Positions 36,602 to 45,684 of a stretch of DNA of 64,000 bases are shown in pieces. This DNA comes from Candidatus Micrarchaeum sp. (GTDB lineage Archaea > SpSt-1190 > DYHY01), in contig DYHY01000004.1 in NCBI GenBank assembly GCA_020723935.1, positions 7,634-71,633 on the forward strand, read 5' to 3'. The notes under the pieces were generated by a model. That model searched no databases and was not told the origin of the DNA. It saw nothing but the letters and a program-made list of their open reading frames with translations. Position 1 is the stretch's first letter. Each line of letters opens with the position of its first letter. The position numbers and the translations under genes are program-made.

Positions 36602-37057
36602 CTATTCCTTCTTCCCGGGGGGAGCCGCTATGCTCCCGCCCGCGGATTCCACCTTCTCCTTCGCGGATTCGGTGAAAGATGTGCAGTTCGTGAGTATCAG
36701 GGGGCGTGTGACCTTGCCGCTCCCCAGGACCTTCCCTATGCCGAGCTTGGCGCAGTCGATCTCGACGGACGCGCCGCGCATCGACGCCAGCTTCTCCGCG
36801 ACGAGCTTCTCTGCCATCGCGTCGAGGAGCCCGACGTTCGCGGTCTCGGGCCTGTTCGCGACCTGGCCGGGCGTGTGGAAGCCGCACTTCCCGAAGTGGC
36901 CGGGGTCGTACTTGAGGCTCCAGACCCACAGGTGCTTGTCCCAGGCGTATCCCTTGCCGCCCTTGTTGCCCTTGCCGCGGTGCTTCTTCCCCGCCCCGTA
37001 GCCATGGGTCCTGTGGCCGCGCTCCTTCCTGGAGCGCTTCGGAAACCTCTTTGCCAT
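36602..37057 (-). CDS. rpl15: 50S ribosomal protein L15 (uL15)
   Basis: MAKRFPKRSRKERGHRTHGYGAGKKHRGKGNKGG. Start at the internal Met of track ORF 36602..37177. Confidence 0.9.
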   Translation of the reverse strand: MAKRFPKRSRKERGHRTHGYGAGKKHRGKGNKGGKGYAWDKHLWVWSLKYDPGHFGKCGFHTPGQVANRPETANVGLLDAMAEKLVAEKLASMRGASVEIDCAKLGIGKVLGSGKVTRPLILTNCTSFTESAKEKVESAGGSIAAPPGKKE

Positions 37058-37109
37058 GATGTGACTAACTATGCCTCGCCTGCAAGCCGTTTTTGGGTGT
37101 TTATAAAAC

Positions 37110-38075
37110 TTGGGTGGAGGCCGCGAGGCGCCTGACGGCGGCCTGCCTGCGGCTTGCCATTGGAAAGGGCTAAACAAGAAATTTATACAAGGTCGGGCCC
37201 TCCTGCGCGTGGCCTACGAGAACGAGGACGACCTTTCCGCCGCCGAGCGGGCCCGCCTCGGGATAAGCTTCTCGCACAAGGTCTACATCATGAGGGACAC
37301 GACGGGCGAAGCCGTGGCGGTGAAGACCGTGGACCCGATGGCCAACAAGGAGAGCGTCATAGACCTCAAGGTCGCGATGCCCAAGGAGGGGCGCGGGACG
37401 CTCCTCGAGATCGTGAAGGGTGTCTATTCGGGGATGCGCAGACTCCCTCAGAACTACGCCACCTACATGGCGCCCGACGGCATGCTCACCCGCGCGCAGA
37501 GGAGCGGGGTCGTCGGATACTCGGCCGAGAGGAGCCTTGAGGAGAACGGCCGGGTCGCGCAGTTCGTCGTGGGGAATTCCTCCGCGATGCAGGCGTTCAT
37601 AGGGCGGAAGCGCGCCGCCGCGTCGGACGCGTACGGCGCCGGATCGTCGGACGGGTACAAGGGGGATTCCAGCGCCGATTCCTACGGGCGCGGCGGCGAG
37701 GCGGAGCTCTGGGCGGGGCACAAGAAGGACGATGATGCATCCTCCCTGGCCGCGGGCGGGAAGAAGGCGGGGAAAGACCGGACCATCCAAGCCGGCCCTG
37801 CCGCCCGGCATCGCCGCGGGCGGGGCGCCGGAGCTGCTGCCCGGCGGGGAAAAGGGCCTCAGGAAGAGGGTGGTAGGAACGTGCGGGCCCCGTCCCCGTT
37901 TGCCACGGCAGACTTCCTGGAGATAGAGCTACTTCTTACCGAAACCGCCGCGGCCACGACATACCTGCAGCGAGAGCCGCCGTCTGCGGGCCCCGTCAGA
38001 TCATCCTTTCGAGGAGCGCGCCCATCCCGGCCTTCCTGTAGCCGGCCTCGCCCTTGGAGGAGACCTGCCGCTTGA
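37110..38075 (+). CDS. hypothetical protein encoded on the opposite strand between rpl30 and rpl15
   Basis: Coding-like codon usage over about 230 aa (VAYENEDDLSAAERARLGISF...MRDTTGEAVAVKTVDPMANKESVIDLKV...). Gly/Ser/Asp/Tyr-rich disordered middle. C-terminal 80 aa overlap rpl30 and look non-coding. Confidence 0.35.
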   Translation: MGGGREAPDGGLPAACHWKGLNKKFIQGRALLRVAYENEDDLSAAERARLGISFSHKVYIMRDTTGEAVAVKTVDPMANKESVIDLKVAMPKEGRGTLLEIVKGVYSGMRRLPQNYATYMAPDGMLTRAQRSGVVGYSAERSLEENGRVAQFVVGNSSAMQAFIGRKRAAASDAYGAGSSDGYKGDSSADSYGRGGEAELWAGHKKDDDASSLAAGGKKAGKDRTIQAGPAARHRRGRGAGAAARRGKGPQEEGGRNVRAPSPFATADFLEIELLLTETAAATTYLQREPPSAGPVRSSFRGARPSRPSCSRPRPWRRPAA

Positions 38076-38472
38076 GGCTCTTCTTGAAGCCCCCCGCGGG
38101 GGGGTGGAGGCGCATGTGCCTCTTGATCCCGTAGTCCTGAAGCTTCTTCCCCGAGAAGAGGCCCGCCGAGGCGTCCTTGGCCTTGGCCTCGTCGACGCGC
38201 GCATCCCCAGGGAGCCTTCCGCGCCTGGCGACGACCTTGGCGACCGTCTCCTGGTCCACTGGCCCCCACGCGACGTAGTCCTTGGCTATCTGGAGCATCG
38301 CGCGCGACGTCGGCGTGTCCGGCAGGAGCATGCAAGTGTTTATCCGATGGAGGTTGAGTATCACAAGGGTCCTCCTCGCGTCGGGCTTGGAGCCTATCGG
38401 CGACTTTATGAGGACCGCCGCGACCACTCCTCCGGCCGCCGGCGACTTTTCGTCTTTCTTGGGTATCTTCAT
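37996..38472 (-). CDS. rpl30: 50S ribosomal protein L30 (uL30)
   Basis: PDARRTLVILNLHRINTCMLLPDTPTSRAMLQIAKDYVAWG. Confidence 0.9.
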   Translation of the reverse strand: MKIPKKDEKSPAAGGVVAAVLIKSPIGSKPDARRTLVILNLHRINTCMLLPDTPTSRAMLQIAKDYVAWGPVDQETVAKVVARRGRLPGDARVDEAKAKDASAGLFSGKKLQDYGIKRHMRLHPPAGGFKKSLKRQVSSKGEAGYRKAGMGALLERMI

Positions 38473-38499
38473 CTCAGATCGTTTCTCCTTCCTTGCCTT

Positions 38500-39294
38500 T
38501 CACTTGAGGCCCCATTTCTCCGCGAATTCCTTGGGGACCGAGAGCGTGCTCGTCTGCTTGAGCGCCTCGAATGTGGCGTAGCCAAGGTTTATCCTGTTCC
38601 TCGTCTCTCCATCTATCCTTGACCAGGCATCCGTTATCCCGGCGAGCGCGAGGATCCTCTTCGCCTCCGGGTGCACGACCAAGCCCGTTCCCCGCGGGGC
38701 GGGGATGAGCTCGACCATGACGCTCGAGGACTTGCCGCGTATCTTGAAGGGGACGCTGTGGGGCTTTCCGCACCCGCATTCCCACGATCCGCACGCGCGA
38801 AGGACCCTCACCATATTGAGCTTGGCCGCCTTCGTCGAGGACTCCTTTGCAGGGAGGGATTCCCTCGACGAGCCCTTGCCCATGCCGATGTACCCGTCGT
38901 TGTTCCCGACGATCGCAAGGTACGAGAACTTGGTCCTCGCGCCCTCGCGCACCTTCTTCTGGGTGTTCTTGTACACCCTGCGCGCGCCGCCGCCGAACTT
39001 GCCCTTGGACTGGCCGATCATGACGAAGTCCACGGCGAGCTGCGGGAAGAAATAGTCGACGATCTCAGGCTCCATGACCTTGATGCCCTTGGAGAGTATC
39101 TCGTCGAAGCTCTTCACCTTGCCCGCAAGGACGTCTCGCCCGAGAGCCGTCTTGGGGATCCAGATCTTGGGCGCCGCGTCCTCGTCGCGCCTGTATCCTC
39201 CGGCCGCGCCCTTGCGCCTTCCCCGGCCCCTGCCTCCGCCGAAACCTCCGCGTCCGCCGGGCCTTCCGCCCGCTGATGGTCCTGCCATTTTCAA
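38500..39294 (-). CDS. rps5: 30S ribosomal protein S5 (uS5)
   Basis: Gly/Arg-rich N-terminus; S5 dsRBD and C-terminal domain. Confidence 0.9.
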   Translation of the reverse strand: MKMAGPSAGGRPGGRGGFGGGRGRGRRKGAAGGYRRDEDAAPKIWIPKTALGRDVLAGKVKSFDEILSKGIKVMEPEIVDYFFPQLAVDFVMIGQSKGKFGGGARRVYKNTQKKVREGARTKFSYLAIVGNNDGYIGMGKGSSRESLPAKESSTKAAKLNMVRVLRACGSWECGCGKPHSVPFKIRGKSSSVMVELIPAPRGTGLVVHPEAKRILALAGITDAWSRIDGETRNRINLGYATFEALKQTSTLSVPKEFAEKWGLK

Positions 39295-39860
39295 TCGCTA
39301 CCTCCGTCGTCGTTCCTGCTCTTCTCTATCCTGCCCTTCACTTCCGCGAAGTTGGCCGGTATCTGCGACGGCTCCAGGCCGTGCTTCTTGTAGTCGGAGA
39401 ACGTCGACGGCGCGCCCTTGATGTGCGCGCCCTCTAGGCGCTCCTTGGACGGGAAGACCCCTTCGTCGCATTCGACAAGGAGGCCTGCGTCTATCGCGCC
39501 CTTGAGCGCCGCGAAGATCCTGCCGCCCTTGGCCGGGCGCTGCAGGCCCACGTCCAGGATCGCCTTCTGCGCCTTGCCGGCGGAGCGCTTCCCGACGAGG
39601 TAGCCCACGAGGTACGCCGTGGGGATGTTCCCGAGGTTCCCCTTCCATCCCAGCTTCCTGATGTCCGCCCCGGACGCCGCCGCGACCGTCGTGTCGCCTT
39701 CCGGCCTGAACTCGACGAGCTGCGCGTAGACGTTGGAGAGGCTCTTCCTCACGACGAGCCGTGTCATCCCCGACCTCACTGCCGCAAGCCTGCGGCGGTA
39801 GTCGGTCTTCCCTTCCCGCCTCCTCCTGAAGCGGACCCGGTATATCGGTGAATCTGCCAT
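39291..39860 (-). CDS. rpl18: 50S ribosomal protein L18 (uL18)
   Basis: RRRREGKTDYRRRL...RLVVRKSLSNVYAQL. Confidence 0.9.
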   Translation of the reverse strand: MADSPIYRVRFRRRREGKTDYRRRLAAVRSGMTRLVVRKSLSNVYAQLVEFRPEGDTTVAAASGADIRKLGWKGNLGNIPTAYLVGYLVGKRSAGKAQKAILDVGLQRPAKGGRIFAALKGAIDAGLLVECDEGVFPSKERLEGAHIKGAPSTFSDYKKHGLEPSQIPANFAEVKGRIEKSRNDDGGSD

Positions 39861-39861
39861 C

Positions 39862-40326
39862 TTACTGCTTCGCGCTCCCTTCCTTGTTCCTCGCTTCCGC
39901 GCCCTTGCCCAGGTGCAGCTTCAAGTGCGTCTTACTCCTGAAGTACCCCCCGCGCGCCTTGGCATAGAGGTCGGTGTACTCCTTCTTGGAGACCTCGCCC
40001 TTGGAAAGCATCGCCTTGAGCAGGCGCCTTATCGGGCGGATCGTGTTTATCCAATCGCGCTTGTCGGACACTGAGGAGCCCCTCCTCGTCGCCGCGCCGC
40101 GGGGGCGGCCCTTGCGCCGCTTCTCGCCGCGCGCCCGGGCCCTCGCCCTAGAGGTCCCCAGCTCGTCGCGCTTCCCTATGATCCCTTTCTCTATCAGGCG
40201 CCTCACGTCGTCGCGGGTTATCGCCGCGGAGACCTTCTTCCCCGCATCCGGGTCTATCCAGACGCGGTTGATCCCTACCTTGAGTATCTCCGACGCCATC
40301 CTTCTCTGAGAGTATACGTCCGTCAT
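39862..40326 (-). CDS. rpl19e: 50S ribosomal protein L19e (eL19)
   Basis: QRRMASEILKVGINRVWIDPD. Confidence 0.9.
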   Translation of the reverse strand: MTDVYSQRRMASEILKVGINRVWIDPDAGKKVSAAITRDDVRRLIEKGIIGKRDELGTSRARARARGEKRRKGRPRGAATRRGSSVSDKRDWINTIRPIRRLLKAMLSKGEVSKKEYTDLYAKARGGYFRSKTHLKLHLGKGAEARNKEGSAKQ

Positions 40327-40754
40327 TGCTGCTTCTTCTCCTCCTCCGCCTTGCCCCCGGCGGGCGCGGCCTCGGCCTTCTGCGCCGTCTTGGCCTGCGC
40401 CTTCTTCCTCGCCTTCGCCGGGTTGAAGACCTTTATCCCTGCCTTCTTCGCAGCCTCGGTGATCGCCACCTTGTTCCTCCGGGAGAGGTTCCCCGAGATT
40501 CTCGCGCCCTCGCCCTTCTTGTCAAGGAGCGACAGGTCCGCTATCCTGAAGACCATGATTTCCGCAAGGCCCGTAGGATGCAGCCCGCGCAGGGCCGCGG
40601 CCTTCCCGAACCCCGCGTCCACGACGCGCGGGTTGCCCTTCCTGTGCTCGCGCATCTTGCTGTGGTGGCCGCGCGGCTTCCTCCAGGAGGGATCGTGCGC
40701 GACCCTCTTGTACCTGTGGTGCTCCTGCTTGAGAAACTTTACTCTTCCTGCCAT
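40323..40754 (-). CDS. rpl32e: 50S ribosomal protein L32e (eL32)
   Basis: KFLKQEHHRYKRV...WRKPRGHHSKMR. Confidence 0.85.
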   Translation of the reverse strand: MAGRVKFLKQEHHRYKRVAHDPSWRKPRGHHSKMREHRKGNPRVVDAGFGKAAALRGLHPTGLAEIMVFRIADLSLLDKKGEGARISGNLSRRNKVAITEAAKKAGIKVFNPAKARKKAQAKTAQKAEAAPAGGKAEEEKKQQ

Positions 40755-40761
40755 TTCCTTT

Positions 40762-41340
40762 TCAGGCTCCTTCCACCCCTTTCGGGCGGACCTTCTTGTC
40801 GATTATGTAGACCCCGTCCTGGAACGTGCGGTGGTCCTTCCTCTTTATCTTCGTGGCGTCCTCTATCTTCTGGGCGCTCTTCCCCAGGGCCTCAACGTCG
40901 GATCCGGAGAGCGTCAGGGACTTGCCGCCGACCTTGGCCTTCACCCCGGGCTCGATTTTGACGACCCGCGGGGATTTCTCCCCGATGAAGTTCTCGATCC
41001 TGACCTCCGAGCCCGCCGCCGTGACCTTTATCGGGAAGTGGCTCTGGACTACCTCCAGCCTGTACTCGAAGCCGTTCAGGACGCCCTCGGCCATGTTGGC
41101 TATGTGCGCCTGGATCGTCTCCAGGGTGGCCTTGGCCTTCCTGTTCTGGGACCTTGCGACGAGGATTATCTTCCCTCTGTCCACCGACACGGCGACGAAC
41201 GGGCTCACCATCGCGCGGGAGACGGATCCCTTGGGCCCCCTCATCGTGAGGCGCCCCTCCTTCATTTCCGCGGACAGACCGCTTCCGAGGGACTCGATCC
41301 CTATTTCCCTCGTGACCTTGTGCGTAGCTTCTGTTGCCAT
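40762..41340 (-). CDS. rpl6: 50S ribosomal protein L6 (uL6)
   Basis: Two L6 repeats. Start at the internal Met (MATEATHKV) of track ORF 40762..41493. Confidence 0.9.
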   Translation of the reverse strand: MATEATHKVTREIGIESLGSGLSAEMKEGRLTMRGPKGSVSRAMVSPFVAVSVDRGKIILVARSQNRKAKATLETIQAHIANMAEGVLNGFEYRLEVVQSHFPIKVTAAGSEVRIENFIGEKSPRVVKIEPGVKAKVGGKSLTLSGSDVEALGKSAQKIEDATKIKRKDHRTFQDGVYIIDKKVRPKGVEGA

Positions 41341-41363
41341 GTTGTTCTCTTTCCTGCGTCCGT

Positions 41364-41747
41364 CTAGTAGACGAACGCTATGAGCTTCCCTCCCACCTTC
41401 TTCTTCTTGGCTTCCTCGTGGGTTATGACGCCCGCCGAGGTTGTCAGGATGAGTATGCCGAAGCCCTGGGCCGGGAGGTAGCGCTTCTCCCATTTCTCTA
41501 TCTCAAAGACTCTCACCGGGGTCCTCGGGCTTATCGCCCCGCAGTTGTTCACGGTGTGTGGGAGCTTCAGGCGGTAGACCTTGCCCCTGCCGTCGTCTAT
41601 CGTCTCGAACTCCCCGACGTAGCCGTTCTTCTGCATGAGCTGCAGCACCGCGGTACAGACCGCCGACGTGGGCCGGACGAGCGCCTCGCTCTTCCCGCTA
41701 TTTGCGGCGTTCTTCACCGTCGCCATCATGTTCGAAAGCGTTGTCAT
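41364..41747 (-). CDS. rps8: 30S ribosomal protein S8 (uS8)
   Basis: 127 aa, conserved S8 C-terminus ...GGKLIAFVY. Confidence 0.9.
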   Translation of the reverse strand: MTTLSNMMATVKNAANSGKSEALVRPTSAVCTAVLQLMQKNGYVGEFETIDDGRGKVYRLKLPHTVNNCGAISPRTPVRVFEIEKWEKRYLPAQGFGILILTTSAGVITHEEAKKKKVGGKLIAFVY

Positions 41748-41775
41748 TTTCTCTTCGTTCTCCTTCCTTGGTTCG

Positions 41776-41935
41776 TCATTCGTACTGCTTGAAGCCGAGG
41801 TCCTTGGAGACCTCCCTGAAGCACTGCCTGCAGACGTTGAGGCCGTACTTGCGTATGAGGGCGTTGTGGTTCCCGCATATCCTGCACTGCCTCGACCCCT
41901 TGCCGAAAGCGCGCTGCACCTTCTGGTTCTTGACC
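41776..41935 (-). CDS. rps14: 30S ribosomal protein S14 type Z (zinc-binding uS14)
   Basis: Below the track size cutoff. [53 protein letters not shown]. Confidence 0.8.
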
Positions 41936-41946
41936 ATGTCGGACTA

Positions 41947-42486
41947 CTATTCCTCCTCCTTGCCCTCTTCGCGGCTCGATATCTTGGCCCCGAAGCGCTT
42001 CGCGAACTCCATCGCGTCCTCCCTGGACACCCTGTGATGTAGCCCCACCTTCGCCGGCCTCATCCGCCTCCACTTGACGCGGTAGCCCGGACGCTTGAGC
42101 GTGACGCACACGTCCATCCCTATTATCCCGAGGCTCGGGTCGTACTTGACGTCGGGGAGGTCGATGTACTCCTTTATCCCGAACGCGAAGTTCCCCTCGT
42201 TGTCGAAGCTCGTCTCGCGGACGGTGTTCTCGGCCGCCGCAAGCGCCCGCTTGAGGAACTTCTCCGCGGCCTCGCCGCGCAGCGTCAGCTTGCAGCCTAT
42301 GACGGTGTTGGGGCGCACGCCGAAGTCCGGGATCCTCTTCGTCGTCATGGTCTTGACGGGGGTCCTGCCCACGACCTTCTTGAGGACGTTTATCGCGTTC
42401 TCCAGCTTCGCGCCGCCTTCGCCGACGCCGACGTTTATCGTCACCTTCTCTATCGCGACCTGCTGCATCGGGTTGGTCTTGGCCAT
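41947..42486 (-). CDS. rpl5: 50S ribosomal protein L5 (uL5)
   Basis: 179 aa, canonical L5. Confidence 0.9.
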   Translation of the reverse strand: MAKTNPMQQVAIEKVTINVGVGEGGAKLENAINVLKKVVGRTPVKTMTTKRIPDFGVRPNTVIGCKLTLRGEAAEKFLKRALAAAENTVRETSFDNEGNFAFGIKEYIDLPDVKYDPSLGIIGMDVCVTLKRPGYRVKWRRMRPAKVGLHHRVSREDAMEFAKRFGAKISSREEGKEEE

Positions 42487-42488
42487 CT

Positions 42489-43217
42489 CTAGGCTGCCTC
42501 CTTCTTGCCCTCGGAAACCGTGAGCTCGGGCTTGCCCACGCCGACAGCTATCACATACTCCTTGAGCGTCTCGAGGGACTTCCTGCCGGCTTCGAGGAGC
42601 ACCGTCGGGGGGGAGTTCGCCGTCCCGCTCCTGAACTCCGATATCTCGAAGACCTTGCCCGTGTGCGCGCCGTCGTAGACGACGACGATGGTCCTCTTGT
42701 CGAGGGGTATGTACTTGGCGACCTTGCCGCTCTTCAGGTCGAAGAGCACCGAGAAGCCGGTCTTGACGGACCCGGCCGCCGCGGCGTCAAGGAGGAGGGT
42801 CCTCCCGTCGTGGAAGGCGACCTGCGTCTTCCCGCCGCCGATCGTGCGCTTCCCCGTGACCTTGAGGATCTTGAGGAGCGCCTCCTTCTCCGGTATTTCG
42901 ACCAGGCCCAGGCCCTTCCCCAAGGGGACCACCCGGTAGTGCTTGCCGACGGTCTTGAATGTGATCGTGTCCATGAGCCCCACCGCGAGCGAGCCCTTCA
43001 TGCACGCCTTGCCGTCGACGAGGACCTCCTTGGCCCCCAGGATCGCGTTGACCTCCCTTGCGGTCCGTCCCAGCTTCAGGACGTCGCGCATCACGACGAG
43101 GAGCGGCAGCGACCTGTCCTTCGGGTGCCTGCCCGGCTTGGGCGTGACGACCCAGTACGCGGTCTTCTTGCCCGTCTTCCAGTAGGACGGGGATATTATG
43201 CGTTTCAGATGCGCCAT
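42489..43217 (-). CDS. rps4e: 30S ribosomal protein S4e (eS4)
   Basis: MAHLKRIISPSYWKTGKK... with S4 and KOW domains. Confidence 0.9.
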   Translation of the reverse strand: MAHLKRIISPSYWKTGKKTAYWVVTPKPGRHPKDRSLPLLVVMRDVLKLGRTAREVNAILGAKEVLVDGKACMKGSLAVGLMDTITFKTVGKHYRVVPLGKGLGLVEIPEKEALLKILKVTGKRTIGGGKTQVAFHDGRTLLLDAAAAGSVKTGFSVLFDLKSGKVAKYIPLDKRTIVVVYDGAHTGKVFEISEFRSGTANSPPTVLLEAGRKSLETLKEYVIAVGVGKPELTVSEGKKEAA

Positions 43218-43219
43218 GA

Positions 43220-43603
43220 CTATTTCTTCCTCCCTGCTGCCGTCGCCCTTTCGAGTGCCTTCTTCCTCATCTTGTCGTCCCCGGATATCTCCAGGATGAT
43301 GAGGTTGGACGGGTGGAGCGGGACGCGGACCTTGGACCCGTTGACCTTCTGCACCGTGACGCCCTCCAAGTAGGCCCTGGACCTGACGAGGTCCACTTCC
43401 TCAACCTTGGCGACGGTCCCGTTGAACTCGCCGCGCACGACCTTGACCTTGTCGCCCTTCCTCAGCTGGATCGCGCGCTTCCCTATCTTCGCCTTCAGGT
43501 CCTTGGAGACGTGCGCGTGCACGAGCGACTGCCGCTTGTGCATCGGCGCGTTGTAGAGGGCTTTGTGCTGGTTTCGCCTAAGGGCGGATCTCGTGAGCAC
43601 CAT
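43220..43603 (-). CDS. rpl24: 50S ribosomal protein L24 (uL24)
   Basis: KOW motif KGDKVKVVRGEFNGTVAKV. Confidence 0.9.
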   Translation of the reverse strand: MVLTRSALRRNQHKALYNAPMHKRQSLVHAHVSKDLKAKIGKRAIQLRKGDKVKVVRGEFNGTVAKVEEVDLVRSRAYLEGVTVQKVNGSKVRVPLHPSNLIILEISGDDKMRKKALERATAAGRKK

Positions 43604-44032
43604 CTAGACAACAATCCTCGCGACCTTGCCTATCTTGTTCCAGCGCTCGATCGCCTCCTTGGCAATCGCCGCCTTGACCTCGGAGCCCTTGGGGCCCCCC
43701 TCGTCGTCGACGATGACGCAGGTGTTCTCCTCGAATTTGATCCTCGTCCCGTCGGCGCGCCTGAACTCCTTCCTCATGGAAGTGATGACCGCCTTGGCCA
43801 GCTTCTTCCTGTATTCAGGCGTGCCGCTCTTGACCGCGACGAAGACCATGTCCCCGATCGTCGCGCGCGGAGCGCGGCCCCTGACCCCGTGGTAGCCCTT
43901 GATCGCGGCTATCTCGCAGATCTTGGCTCCGGAGTTGTCTATGCACTTGATCCTGCTCCCCGTGTTGAGGCCCCGCGTCGTCTTGATCGTCAGGGGCCTC
44001 TTGCCCGAAACCTTTACACGTCGTTGTCCCAT
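43604..44032 (-). CDS. rpl14: 50S ribosomal protein L14 (uL14)
   Basis: CIDNSGAKICEIAAIKG. Confidence 0.9.
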   Translation of the reverse strand: MGQRRVKVSGKRPLTIKTTRGLNTGSRIKCIDNSGAKICEIAAIKGYHGVRGRAPRATIGDMVFVAVKSGTPEYRKKLAKAVITSMRKEFRRADGTRIKFEENTCVIVDDEGGPKGSEVKAAIAKEAIERWNKIGKVARIVV

Positions 44033-44040
44033 CTAGAAAA

Positions 44041-44430
44041 TCATGCCCCTTCCTTCTTCTTCGCTGCCGCCGGTGTCGCCGCGGCGGCGGCTCGGACGTG
44101 CTCCGCCCGCTTGATCACCGCTGTGACTATGAAGTTCATCGTCTTGGAGAGCTTCCTCGTCTCCTCGATCCTGACCGTGTCGCCGGACCGCGCGCCGAGG
44201 CCCTCGGGGTTCCTCGCCTTAACCCTGCTGGAGAGCCTCTTGAACCTGTTGTACTTGGGGACCCAGACGACGCGCGGCCACTCCACAATGACCGAGCCGT
44301 GCATCTTGTCGGACACGACCGTCCCCTCGAAAAACTTGCCCCTGGTCCTTACTGCCAGGGCTCCCGCCACGCCGAAAGCACCCTTTGGAGCCGCTTTGTG
44401 CGCTCCTCCGGTCTTGCCATGATCGCCCAT
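44041..44430 (-). CDS. rps17: 30S ribosomal protein S17 (uS17)
   Basis: GKFFEGTVVSDKMHGSVIVEWPRVVWVPKYNRFKR. 5' end overlaps the rnp1 3' end; start may be further downstream. Confidence 0.85.
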   Translation of the reverse strand: MGDHGKTGGAHKAAPKGAFGVAGALAVRTRGKFFEGTVVSDKMHGSVIVEWPRVVWVPKYNRFKRLSSRVKARNPEGLGARSGDTVRIEETRKLSKTMNFIVTAVIKRAEHVRAAAAATPAAAKKKEGA

Positions 44431-44699
44431 CCTTCGATATCCACCTTCGTTGTTCTTTTGCTGCTTCCCTTCTTTCCCTCGCCGGCGGGAATCGAGAAGC
44501 GGAACACGGCCCCTTTCTTCGGGACCTTCGTCTCCCGCTGCTTCCTCTTCCCGCTAGCGCTCTCAATCACCAAAAGGCGCTCCGTTTCCCACGCGACCGT
44601 CCCCGACAGGCCGACGAGGCCAGGGTCCGTCGCGCGCACGACTTTTACAGGAATCCCTGCGAACTCGTGACCCGCAAGGTTCCGAGGTGTGACAGGCAT
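44349..44699 (-). CDS. rnp1: RNase P protein component 1 (Rpp29/Pop4)
   Basis: GLVGLSGTVAWETERLLVI core. Conserved position between L29 and S17. Confidence 0.7.
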   Translation of the reverse strand: MPVTPRNLAGHEFAGIPVKVVRATDPGLVGLSGTVAWETERLLVIESASGKRKQRETKVPKKGAVFRFSIPAGEGKKGSSKRTTKVDIEGWAIMARPEERTKRLQRVLSAWREPWQ

Positions 44700-44738
44700 A
44701 ACGTCTGCTGGAAGTAGGGGGCCAGGTTCCCCGGCCGT

Positions 44739-44993
44739 TTATAAGAGTTCCGGATGACCCTTCCTGAGGGAAAAGGGCCCCCTGTGGGAGCAAATCAGAA
44801 ATAGGGGTATTGCGGCCCGCCCGAGGTAGAGGGCGGTGAGGACGAGGACTGCGCACGTGAGCAGGCCCATCTTCCACCTGCGCGGGACGTCCTCGAGGGC
44901 CGTGTCCAGGAAGTCTAGGAACAGGAGGAGGGCGAGGGCGCAGCCCACGAGGAGGATGAGGAAGTTCGCCCCTTGAGAAAAGTCCGCGCGCAT
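44739..44993 (-). CDS. small two-TM membrane protein
   Basis: 84 aa hydrophobic ORF. An in-frame TAG 12 codons upstream of its Met separates a further 24-aa hydrophobic segment. Confidence 0.3.
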   Translation of the reverse strand: MRADFSQGANFLILLVGCALALLLFLDFLDTALEDVPRRWKMGLLTCAVLVLTALYLGRAAIPLFLICSHRGPFSLRKGHPELL

Positions 44994-45151
44994 CTTGAAG
45001 GAGAAGGCGTTGTAGCCGGAGTCCCCCTAGTTGGCGACCGCGTAGGAGAGGAGCACGAGGGCTAGGAGGAGGCTGGCAAAATAGAGCTTTATGTCTGCCA
45101 CGGTATTCCTACTAGGCGGGCAAAATAAAGCTTTCCCTGCGCGGGCTGCCC

Positions 45152-45466
45152 TCAGTCGTTGTCCTTGACCTCGACCGATTCGGGGGGGAACCCGGCCGCG
45201 GCCAGGGCGGGGAGTATCCTCTTCCTGTGGTCGCCCTGCAGCTCTATTATCGCGTCCTTCCCGGTGCCGCCGCAGGCGAGGCGCTCCTTGAGTTTCTTTG
45301 TCACGTCCTCAATGTTGACGTCCTTGGGGTTTATCCCCTCGACGAGCGTCACCATCTTCTTGAACCTGCGCTTCTCGACCCGCACGACGATCTTCTGGAC
45401 CTCGCGGGAAATGCTCTCGCAGACGCAGAAATCCTTAGGTAGTCCGCACTTCTTGCATACTTCCAT
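45152..45466 (-). CDS. translation initiation factor SUI1 (aSUI1/eIF1)
   Basis: VVRVEKRRFKKMVTLVEG...LKERLACGGTGKD. Confidence 0.85.
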   Translation of the reverse strand: MEVCKKCGLPKDFCVCESISREVQKIVVRVEKRRFKKMVTLVEGINPKDVNIEDVTKKLKERLACGGTGKDAIIELQGDHRKRILPALAAAGFPPESVEVKDND

Positions 45467-45472
45467 TTGCGA

Positions 45473-45682
45473 CTATTTGCCCATGACCTTCTTGGATGAG
45501 GAGACGGTGAGAAGCTTGGCGATGGCGCGGCGGATGTTCTTGATGCTCGACGGCTTCGTCGGCGCTCTCCCGGTCGCCCTCTTGGACATCTCCTTCACTA
45601 GTTCCGCCCTGAGCTCTTTTAACCTTTTGCCGGCTTCCGCCGCTCCGAGGCCCGCGAGCTCCTTCTTCTTGATGATCGCCAT
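45473..45682 (-). CDS. rpl29: 50S ribosomal protein L29 (uL29)
   Basis: 69 aa, KELRAELVKEMSKRATG. Confidence 0.85.
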   Translation of the reverse strand: MAIIKKKELAGLGAAEAGKRLKELRAELVKEMSKRATGRAPTKPSSIKNIRRAIAKLLTVSSSKKVMGK

Positions 45683-45684
45683 CC

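Noticed and set aside
44994-45110. In-frame TAG between two hydrophobic segments of a small membrane ORF, considered as possible pyrrolysine read-through
   Set aside because: TAG terminates clearly conserved genes here (nadK, copA, rpl15). No Pyl machinery is visible. More likely two tiny ORFs or a nonsense mutation.
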